Assembly: GCA_020723665.1 (NCBI GenBank)
Contig: DYIL01000002.1
Location: forward strand, 40,188 to 104,187
DNA: 64,000 bases
Source: Methyloversatilis universalis
GTDB lineage: Bacteria; Pseudomonadota; Gammaproteobacteria; Methylococcales; Methylococcaceae
Direction: 5' to 3'
Below the pieces are notes generated by a model. It made no database searches. It saw nothing but the letters and a program-made list of their open reading frames with translations, and was not told the origin of the DNA. This document shows, in pieces, positions 57,001 through 64,000 of the stretch (position 1 is the first letter of the stretch; each line of letters starts with the position of its first letter). The position numbers were made by a program, and so were the translations under genes.

Positions 57001-57357
57001 ATGGAAGGTGCTGCCAGCGATCTCAGGACCGGACTTCCGAGGCAGATGATCGAAATCCACGAAGCTATGCGTCTGCAAATCGTCGTGGAGCACAAAACCG
57101 AAGTCCTGACTGCGATCTACGAGCGTCAACCATCATTACAGGAGCTGATCGGCAACGGCTGGGTGCTGCTGTCCGCTATCGATCCGGAGACCGGCGAGAT
57201 TTCCATGTTCGTGCCAGGCCGCGGATTCGTCGCTTGGAACCGGGAGATTCGTCCGCTGCCCGTGGTCGAACGTTCCCCCGACTGGTATGCCGGGCATACC
57301 GAGCCGGTGCCTCCCGCGCTGATTCAACAACCGTCTTCGGGAGGTGTTCATGTTTGA
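54007..57357 (+). CDS. dabA: DabA-like (DUF2309/UPF0753) inorganic-carbon pump hydration subunit
   Basis: 1116 aa. N-terminus has [14 protein letters not shown]. Zn-site pattern is FCIDDRE (C586, D588) and [22 protein letters not shown] (H777, C792). An alternative start is GTG 54034 behind GAGGAG. Confidence 0.85.
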   Translation: [1116 protein letters not shown]

Positions 57358-58906
57358 TTGGATCGTGCCGCTGGTGCCGGGCTTGCCGATTTTGGCGGCC
57401 CTGGGCATAGGCGTTGGCATCGTTTCCGGACGTATCGCCGGAGAACCGGGAGAACGGCCCACCGCGATGATAGCGGTGGGGGCAACGTTGATCTCTTTTC
57501 TATTGACCATCGCGGTGTTCTGGTGCCGCCAGGCAGAACTGATTTCCGAGCAGCTTGTGCTCGGGACCTGGCTGACCAGTGGCGATTACCTCGTCAACCT
57601 GAGCTTTGCACTAGGAAACCTGAGTCTCGGCTTGTCGTCGCTGTTCGCGTTGTTCTCGCTGATGGTGGCCAAATTTTCGGTGAATTACATGCACCGCGAA
57701 GCCGGTTTCCATCGTTTTTTCCTGGTCCTTTCCCTGTTCGCCGGTGCCATGCAGTTGCTGGTATTGGGCGGGAATGCCGTATTCACCTTTATCGGCTGGG
57801 AATTGGCAGGGGTGTGCTCCTATCTCCTCATCGCCTATGCCTATGACCGGCCGGTGGCCTCCGCCAATGCGACCTATGCATTCGTAACCAATCGGATCGG
57901 CGATGCCGGTTTCACCGGTGGAATCTTCCTGGCCTTCGCCTGGACCGGGGGCGTCGAATGGCCGCAAATTTCGCAAGGCGCTACAACACTGGACAGCTCT
58001 CAAGCCGGTCTGATCGCGATCTGCTTCTTATTGGCGGCCGCCGCCAAGTCGGCCCAGGTGCCCCTTGCGCCGTGGGTGGCCCGCGCTATGGAAGGACCGA
58101 CGCCGTCCAGCGCCATTTTCTACGGAGCCGTGATGATCCATGCCGGCGTTTTCCTGGTATTGAGGCTCCAATCGGTGTTCGAAGCGGCACCCGCGGCCAT
58201 GGCGATCATGGCGGCCATGGGGCTGGTAACGGCACTTTACGGCTTTGTGTGCGGATTGACGCAGACCGACGTCAAGTCGGCGCTTATTTTTTCCACCACC
58301 GCACAGGTCGGCCTGATGTTCTTGGCTTGCGGTCTAGGCTGGTGGCAGTTGGCAGCCTGGCATTTGGCTGCCCATACCGTACTACGCGGATACCAGTTCC
58401 TGACCGCGCCGGCGCTAATACATCGCATCATCGGCCATCCGCCGCGGCCGGTGCCGGCCTTCGCCGGCCGCTCGCACTGGCTTTATACGGCCTCATTGCA
58501 GCGGTTTTGGCTGGAACAGTTCGGCCATCAGGCCCTTGTCAAGCCGATTGCTCGCGTCGCCGCAGATTTGAACGTTTTCGACCGCCGGGTCGTGGAGGAA
58601 ATCGTCGGCCTGCCCGCACCTGCCATGCGGGGACTCTCCGCCCTGGCCGAACGGGAGGAACATCATCTCGGCGCCGGTTATCGTACCGACGGACGCCGGG
58701 TCGGCGGCCTGCCCGGAATCGTGACCGATCTCTTCGCTTCCGCCTTCCACTGGTTCGAGGAGCGCCTGGTCCTGCAAGGCATCGGTATGGATCTCGTGAC
58801 GCTCGGGCGCCGCTTCGGCATGCGGCTCAATCGCCTGGAATCCATCTTGGCCCAACCGCGCTATCTGATTCTTTTCGTCTTTTTCACTCTGCTAGCCACC
58901 GTGTAA
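57350..58906 (+). CDS. dabB: DabB-like NuoL/NdhF-type antiporter subunit
   Basis: About 519 aa. Carries IGWELAGVCSYLLIAYAYDRP and NRIGDAGF (NuoL-type), and APWVARAMEGPTPSSAIFYGAVMIHAG. ATG 57350 follows GGGAGG, and its 5' end overlaps the last 8 nt of dabA (stop included). The track start is GTG 57344. Confidence 0.85.
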   Translation: MFDWIVPLVPGLPILAALGIGVGIVSGRIAGEPGERPTAMIAVGATLISFLLTIAVFWCRQAELISEQLVLGTWLTSGDYLVNLSFALGNLSLGLSSLFALFSLMVAKFSVNYMHREAGFHRFFLVLSLFAGAMQLLVLGGNAVFTFIGWELAGVCSYLLIAYAYDRPVASANATYAFVTNRIGDAGFTGGIFLAFAWTGGVEWPQISQGATTLDSSQAGLIAICFLLAAAAKSAQVPLAPWVARAMEGPTPSSAIFYGAVMIHAGVFLVLRLQSVFEAAPAAMAIMAAMGLVTALYGFVCGLTQTDVKSALIFSTTAQVGLMFLACGLGWWQLAAWHLAAHTVLRGYQFLTAPALIHRIIGHPPRPVPAFAGRSHWLYTASLQRFWLEQFGHQALVKPIARVAADLNVFDRRVVEEIVGLPAPAMRGLSALAEREEHHLGAGYRTDGRRVGGLPGIVTDLFASAFHWFEERLVLQGIGMDLVTLGRRFGMRLNRLESILAQPRYLILFVFFTLLATV

Positions 58907-58912
58907 GAACCT

Positions 58913-60439
58913 ATGGTCGCTGAAATCAACTGGGCGACGCAGTCCGCCTTTCCTATCCTCAGCACGATGATCTTTCTGCCCTTGATGGCGATGGGCGCTG
59001 CTTATTTCGCCGAATCGCAGCGGCGCGCCTTTATCATCGGGCTGGTCGGCTCGGGTCTAGAACTCGCCCTGACGGTTTATCTCCTGATAACCTTCGACTC
59101 CAGCACCACCCATTTACAATTCGTGGAGGACCTGGCACTTCTGCCTTTCCTCCATTACCACTTGGGCGTCGACGGCTTGAGCGTACTCTTCGTTTTCGTT
59201 ACGGCGCTCTTGAGCTTCCTGCTCATGCTCTACGGGGAAATCACGCCCGAGCGCCAGTCGCCGGGGCTGTATGTCGCCAGCCTGTTCGGGTTCCAGAGTG
59301 TTCTTATCGCACTCTTCTTTACCGTCGATCTGCTTCAGTTTTGGATCCTGGCCTGTCTCGAGCTTGTACCGGCCTCGTTTATCCTGCGCCGCTGGAGCAC
59401 CGCTTCCGCGGATGCCCCCAGAGCCGTCCGGGTTCACATGCAGTTCATGCTGAGCGGTCTGGTAATGCTCTTTCTCGGCATTCTGGTTCTGGGCTGGAAT
59501 CATGCACGGGTCTCCGGCGAGTGGTCGTTCGCGCTCGGTGCGCTGCTCGAAACACTGCCTCCTCGCGGCGTTCAGTCCACGGCGTTCATACTGCTGTTCT
59601 ATGCCCTGGCGATCCGCATGGCCCAATTCCCATTTCATGCTTGGCTGCCCCAAGTCTCTCAACACGGAACACTGGCTACTATAGGTGTATTTATGGTGGG
59701 CGCTAAAGTGGGCATATACGGACTATTGCGCTTCGTGCTGCCGCTGCTGCCCGATGCGGTTAATGCCCTCAAGCCTGCCGTTATCGCCCTGGCTTTGGCG
59801 GGCCTGTTCTACGGAGCGCTGATGGCGCTGATGCAATTGAATCTGAGACGGCTTTTGGCCTTCGCGGCGGTCAGCCATACCGGCATGCTGGTGGTCGGCG
59901 TGTTCTGCCTGAATTCCGAAGGCTTGGCCGGCAGCTTGCTGCTTTCGGTGAACTTCAGCATTGCCGCGAGCGGCCTGCTGTTTGCGACAAGTTTGATGTT
60001 CAGGCGTGCCGGCAGCGCCTTGCTGCCGCGTCTCGGAGGACTGTTCGACCTCATGCCGTTGCTGGGCATCACGTTCCTGGTCTCCGCATTGAGCACCATG
60101 GCAATGCCCGGCACGCCCGGCTTCGATGCCGCCCACCTTCTTTTGGAAGGCTCGATCGAAGCCCATGATTGGGGCATTACCATTGCCGTGGCCACCGGCA
60201 ACGTTTTGGCAGCCGCGTTTCTGTTGTGGGCTTTCCAGCGCGCGTTTCTGGCACAACGCAAGACTGTATTACGGCGGCCGAAAACCCGGCTTACCGTTCC
60301 CGAGGCGACGCTGAACGGCGTGGTCTGTGCCGTCTTGTTGGGCGTCGGTTTCTATACTGAACCGTGGGTTCAGATCGTGAACGAATCCGTGGACGGATTG
60401 GCGCAGCGTTTTGAGCGCTTCGAAGAAAAAAAACATTGA
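58913..60439 (+). CDS. Divergent NuoM/N-like antiporter subunit (conserved charged motifs lost)
   Basis: 508 aa, polytopic. The homologous positions read FWILACLELVP and HAWLPQVSQHGTLATIGVFMVGAKVGIYG. Confidence 0.75.
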   Translation: MVAEINWATQSAFPILSTMIFLPLMAMGAAYFAESQRRAFIIGLVGSGLELALTVYLLITFDSSTTHLQFVEDLALLPFLHYHLGVDGLSVLFVFVTALLSFLLMLYGEITPERQSPGLYVASLFGFQSVLIALFFTVDLLQFWILACLELVPASFILRRWSTASADAPRAVRVHMQFMLSGLVMLFLGILVLGWNHARVSGEWSFALGALLETLPPRGVQSTAFILLFYALAIRMAQFPFHAWLPQVSQHGTLATIGVFMVGAKVGIYGLLRFVLPLLPDAVNALKPAVIALALAGLFYGALMALMQLNLRRLLAFAAVSHTGMLVVGVFCLNSEGLAGSLLLSVNFSIAASGLLFATSLMFRRAGSALLPRLGGLFDLMPLLGITFLVSALSTMAMPGTPGFDAAHLLLEGSIEAHDWGITIAVATGNVLAAAFLLWAFQRAFLAQRKTVLRRPKTRLTVPEATLNGVVCAVLLGVGFYTEPWVQIVNESVDGLAQRFERFEEKKH

Positions 60440-60484
60440 GTTCGCATAAATAGACTTGTCGGCTTTGGCCATCCGGAGACAACA

Positions 60485-62044
60485 TTGACTACCGTTGATT
60501 TTCCGATTCTGACCGTTCTGATATTCCTTCCGCTAGCGGCGGCCGGTTTGTTGCTTTTTCTTCCGAATCCGGCATCGGCACGGCGGTTCGCTCTCGCGGC
60601 CTCACTCGCGGAGTTGCTGCTGTCCTTCGCTCTGCTCGGCCTTTTCGATTTCGGCTCCTCGAAATTGCAACTCATCGAGCGGGCTGTCTGGATACCGAGT
60701 CTCAACGTCTTTTACACCGTCGGCGTGGACGGTTTTTCGATTCTGTTTCCGCCGCTCACGGCACTTCTGACATCGGCCGTGATTGCAGCGTCGTGGACTC
60801 AGGTTCAAAGCCAGGTCAGGCTTTATCTCGCCCTCACGTTCGTCTTGGAAAGCGCCACACTCGGCGTGTTCTGCGCACTCGATCTGGCGCTGTTCTTCCT
60901 ATTCTGGGAACTGACGCTCATCCCCATTTTCTTCCTGGTAAGCCTTTGGGGAATCGGCCCGCAACGGCGTTATGCCGCGAGCAAATACACGCTCTTCATG
61001 CTGGCGGGCGGCGTTCCGTTGCTGTTCGCCATCATCCTCCTGGCGCTAAATCACGCTGAGCAGATCGGAATGTCCGCTCCGCGCGGGCTTTCCTTCGACT
61101 ACCTGACGCTGCTTCACGTGCCGGTTTCCGAAGAGATGCGGACGGCGGTATTTCTGCTCCTTTTTCTCGGGTTCGCGGTCAAGGTGCCACTATTCCCGTT
61201 TCACACTTGGCTGCCGACGATCGCGATGGAAGGGCCGGCGGGAGTCTCGGCTCTGATTACCGGACTCAAGCTCGGGCTTTACGGTCTCATGCGATTCGCC
61301 ATCCCGTTGGTTCCCGATGCCGCCGGCGAAAACATCTGGATTTTGACGGTCCTGGGTACTATCGGCGTATTGTACGGCGCTCTCATCGCTCTTAAGCAAA
61401 CCAATTTGCGGCGTTTGTTGGCCTATTCCAGCATCAGCCACGCCGGCTTCGTGGTTATCGGCCTCGCCACGTTGAACCTCCAGGGCGTGCAAGGTGCGCT
61501 ATTTCAACTGATCAATTTTACGGTCGTGTCCGGCGGCATCTTTCTGTTAGCCGGGTTTCTCCACCACCGCCTGGGGTCGACCGAACTTTCCAATCTGGGC
61601 GGCTTGGCGCGCTCGATGCCTTTGTTCACGGCCTTTTTCTTCCTTTTTGGCATTGCTGCCATGGGTGTGCCCGGCACCAACGGCTTTGCCGCCGAGCATT
61701 TGATCATCGTCGGTGCATTCAAGGCCCACGCCGGTGCCGGTCTTGCCGCGTTGTTCGGCGTGATTTTGGGAGCCGCGTACTTCCTGGGCTTCTTTCAGCG
61801 GGCTTTCTGGGGGCCGTTAAAGCTGGCTACGATCCGTACTGCTTCCGATCTGCGTCCGCGGGAATCGGCTCTGGCCGTGATACTGATCGCTTTGGTCTTC
61901 TTGGGAGGACTCGTGCCTGGCATTGTTACCAACGCCACCGCGCCGGCGGTCACCTCCTGGGTTGCGCGGATCGACGCGACTGCAGGTCCATCTGCTTATG
62001 CCGAGTTACCGGAAAAATTTCGAACCGCCAAGTTAAATCCTTAA
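60485..62044 (+). CDS. NuoM/NdhD-like antiporter subunit
   Basis: 519 aa, TTG start after GGAGA. Carries LFFLFWELTLIPIFFLV and HTWLPTIAMEGPAGVSALITGLKLGLYG. Confidence 0.85.
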   Translation: MTTVDFPILTVLIFLPLAAAGLLLFLPNPASARRFALAASLAELLLSFALLGLFDFGSSKLQLIERAVWIPSLNVFYTVGVDGFSILFPPLTALLTSAVIAASWTQVQSQVRLYLALTFVLESATLGVFCALDLALFFLFWELTLIPIFFLVSLWGIGPQRRYAASKYTLFMLAGGVPLLFAIILLALNHAEQIGMSAPRGLSFDYLTLLHVPVSEEMRTAVFLLLFLGFAVKVPLFPFHTWLPTIAMEGPAGVSALITGLKLGLYGLMRFAIPLVPDAAGENIWILTVLGTIGVLYGALIALKQTNLRRLLAYSSISHAGFVVIGLATLNLQGVQGALFQLINFTVVSGGIFLLAGFLHHRLGSTELSNLGGLARSMPLFTAFFFLFGIAAMGVPGTNGFAAEHLIIVGAFKAHAGAGLAALFGVILGAAYFLGFFQRAFWGPLKLATIRTASDLRPRESALAVILIALVFLGGLVPGIVTNATAPAVTSWVARIDATAGPSAYAELPEKFRTAKLNP

Positions 62045-62078
62045 GCGGAGGTTGAAATTTGCAATGAGGAAATTGATT

Positions 62079-62093
62079 GTATCGATTCGATAC
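62079..62093. promoter_or_regulatory. Perfect 7-1-7 palindrome between the DAB-like operon and sulP
   Basis: GTATCGA-T-TCGATAC, 175 nt upstream of the sulP ATG. Confidence 0.3.
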
Positions 62094-62266
62094 CTGTTAT
62101 AGATTAATGCCGGGTCGGACGAGGCCTCCGCCAAAGTCCCATGATCGATCGTTCAATTCACCGATTCATCTGCGTTCTGTCGGAAAAAAGACAACGAACT
62201 TTTGTGGAACGGAATCCACGTGACTCGACCGATCGCACAACCTCACCGAATAATAGGGTTTAACTT

Positions 62267-63892
62267 ATGGTGCACAAACATATCGGTTATTACTTAAGTC
62301 ATCTGCGGAACGACGTTCCCGCAGGCATCGTCGTGTTCCTGGTCGCCCTGCCGCTGTGCCTGGGGATTGCGCTCGCCTCGGGCGCTCCACTATTTTCCGG
62401 CATCATCACCGGCATCGTCGGCGGCGTGGTGGTCGCTTGGGCCAGCGGCTCACAGCTGAGCGTGAGCGGCCCGGCGGCAGGGCTCACCGTGATCGTGCTC
62501 AATGCCATCGACAAGCTCGGCAGCTTTCAAGCCTTGCTGCTGAGCGTCGTCATCGCCGGTGGACTGCAACTGGTCCTGGGCTTCCTCCAGGCCGGGGTGA
62601 TCGGCGCCTACTTTCCGTCGGCCGTGATCAAAGGCATGCTCGCCGCCATCGGCCTGATCCTGATCCTCAAGCAGTTGCCGCACGCGGCCGGCTACGACGC
62701 CAATTTCGAGGGCGATGAGTCCTATCTCCAGGCCGACGGACACACCACGTTTTCCGAGATCGTCTATTCGCTCCAAGCGATTTCGCCGGGCGCGGTGATC
62801 GTGAGCCTGGTCGCGATCGGGATCATGCTGATGTGGGAGACCTCGCTGTTCAAGCGCAACGCCGTGCTCGGTCTCATTCCGGGGCCGTTGGTGGCGGTGC
62901 TCTGGGGGGTGGCGTACAACCTGTTTTCGGCGAAGTTCGCGCCCGCTTACGCGATCGCCCAGGAGCATCTGGTGAAGCTTCCGGAGATTCAGGGCGTGCA
63001 GGGCTTCTTTCAGCAGTTCACCTTCCCGGATTTCACGCAGTGGACCAATCCCGAGGTGTACACGGTGGCCGTCACCCTCGCCATCATCGCGAGCTTGGAG
63101 ACGCTCTTGAGCCTGGAGGCGGTGGACAAGATCGACCCCTTGAAGCGGGTCGCCCCGACCAATCGTGAATTGAAGGCGCAGGGCCTTGGCAATCTGATCG
63201 CCGGTGCCATCGGCGGGCTGCCGATGACGGCGGTGATCGTGCGCAGTTCCGCCAATGTGAACGCCGGCGGGCGCACCAAGATGGCGTGTTTCGTTCATGG
63301 CGTCCTGCTGCTGTTGAGTGTGATGTTCATCAACCAGTATTTGAACCTGATTCCGTTGGCCTGCCTGGCGGCGATCCTGCTCTTGACCGGCTACAAGCTG
63401 GCCAAGCCGAAGCTGTTCAAGGAGATGTACACCAAAGGGGCCAGCCAGATCGTGCCGTTCGTGGTCACCATCGTGGCGATCCTCGCGACCGACCTCTTGA
63501 AGGGCATTGCCGTCGGTATGGTGATCGGTCTGTATTACGTCATCCGGACCAACTTCCATGCCTCGATCACCTTGACCCAGCACGGCAACAACTATCTCTT
63601 GCGGTTGCACAAGGACGTGTCTTTCTTGAACAAGGCGCTCCTGCGACGCTATCTCGACAGCGTCGAGGAAAACGGTTATGTCATCATCGATGCGAGCCGG
63701 GCGCAGTTCATCGACCAGGATATCCTTGAGACCATCCACGACTTCGTGGCGGCTGCTTCCGACGACAACATCACCGTGGAACTTAAAAACCTCAACGGAA
63801 AACCCCAAAAAGCCAAAAAGCCCGCTTCCGCCGATAAACAACTCACTCTAGACGGAGAACATTATGAAACCACTCGAAAGGCTGCTGCTTGA
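62267..63892 (+). CDS. SulP-family anion (putative bicarbonate) transporter with C-terminal STAS domain
   Basis: 541 aa. Carries DVPAGIVVFLVALPLCLGIALASGAP and PMTAVIVRSSANVNAGGRTK (SulP core). STAS tail is YLLRLHKDVSFLNKALL. Confidence 0.88.
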   Translation: MVHKHIGYYLSHLRNDVPAGIVVFLVALPLCLGIALASGAPLFSGIITGIVGGVVVAWASGSQLSVSGPAAGLTVIVLNAIDKLGSFQALLLSVVIAGGLQLVLGFLQAGVIGAYFPSAVIKGMLAAIGLILILKQLPHAAGYDANFEGDESYLQADGHTTFSEIVYSLQAISPGAVIVSLVAIGIMLMWETSLFKRNAVLGLIPGPLVAVLWGVAYNLFSAKFAPAYAIAQEHLVKLPEIQGVQGFFQQFTFPDFTQWTNPEVYTVAVTLAIIASLETLLSLEAVDKIDPLKRVAPTNRELKAQGLGNLIAGAIGGLPMTAVIVRSSANVNAGGRTKMACFVHGVLLLLSVMFINQYLNLIPLACLAAILLLTGYKLAKPKLFKEMYTKGASQIVPFVVTIVAILATDLLKGIAVGMVIGLYYVIRTNFHASITLTQHGNNYLLRLHKDVSFLNKALLRRYLDSVEENGYVIIDASRAQFIDQDILETIHDFVAAASDDNITVELKNLNGKPQKAKKPASADKQLTLDGEHYETTRKAAA

Positions 63893-64000
63893 AAACAAAG
63901 CTTGGGCTCAAGAGAAGGCCGCCCACGATCCCGAATTTTTTGAAAAGCTGCGTCAGCCGCGGCACCCGGATGTATTCTGGATCGGTTGTTCAGACAGCCG
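63864..64000 (+). CDS. Beta-class carbonic anhydrase, N-terminal 45 codons (continues beyond window)
   Basis: My own translation gives MKPLERLLLENKAWAQEKAAHDPEFFEKLRQPRHPDVFWIGCSDS, a typical Can/CynT-type N-terminus including the Zn-ligand motif CSDSR. RBS GGAGA. Overlaps the sulP end by 29 nt. Confidence 0.8.
   Translation, partial: MKPLERLLLENKAWAQEKAAHDPEFFEKLRQPRHPDVFWIGCSDS

Noticed and set aside
55624-57129. Minus-strand ORF of 501 aa.
   Set aside because: Antisense to dabA. No motifs. The dabA frame carries the conserved Zn-site residues.
62450-63841. Minus-strand ORF of 463 aa.
   Set aside because: Antisense to the SulP transporter. Highly charged low-complexity sequence.
1-64000. 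Scan for CRISPR arrays, IS/transposase or integrase genes, rRNA and tRNA genes, and toxin-antitoxin or defence-type gene pairs.
   Set aside because: No regularly spaced direct repeats, no transposase or integrase-like translations in the ORF track, and no rRNA- or tRNA-like sequence recognised by eye. The window looks like core chromosome apart from the AT-rich gaps noted.

Overview
GC-rich chromosomal segment that looks like a gammaproteobacterial methylotroph or methanotroph (inferred from gene content). It is almost fully coding, and I recognised no rRNA, tRNA, CRISPR array or IS/transposase.

Gene order:
- (1) Minus-strand Tad/Flp pilus genes (flp, cpaA, tadE-like, cpaB, cpaC; 1-3420).
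- (2) Assimilatory nitrate regulon: narK, a PP2C/Ser-Thr kinase fusion, nirBD, nasA, nasST and an AlgE-like porin (3560-16337). It carries three sigma54-type promoters and two near-identical ANTAR-type antiterminator leaders.
- (3) Complete Ca-type methanol dehydrogenase operon mxaFJGIRSACKLD on the minus strand (16529-26425).
- (4) NarX/NarL-type two-component pair plus a TonB-dependent receptor (26956-31397).
- (5) AT-rich non-coding island (31398-32029).
- (6) Mla/MCE-like ABC system (32030-35442).
- (7) FTR1 permease plus cupredoxin with a Fur box.
- (8) glpK, small secreted proteins, then TetR with an RND tripartite efflux operon and two Nudix genes.
- (9) PQQ sugar dehydrogenase and gltX-cysS.
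- (10) An inorganic-carbon cluster (52554-64000), the most unusual part. A DabA (DUF2309) / DabB (NuoL-like) pair sits in a five-gene operon with three extra NuoM-like antiporter subunits, followed by a SulP transporter and a beta-carbonic anhydrase.

All calls come from reading the ORF translations and the DNA by eye. No database search was run.
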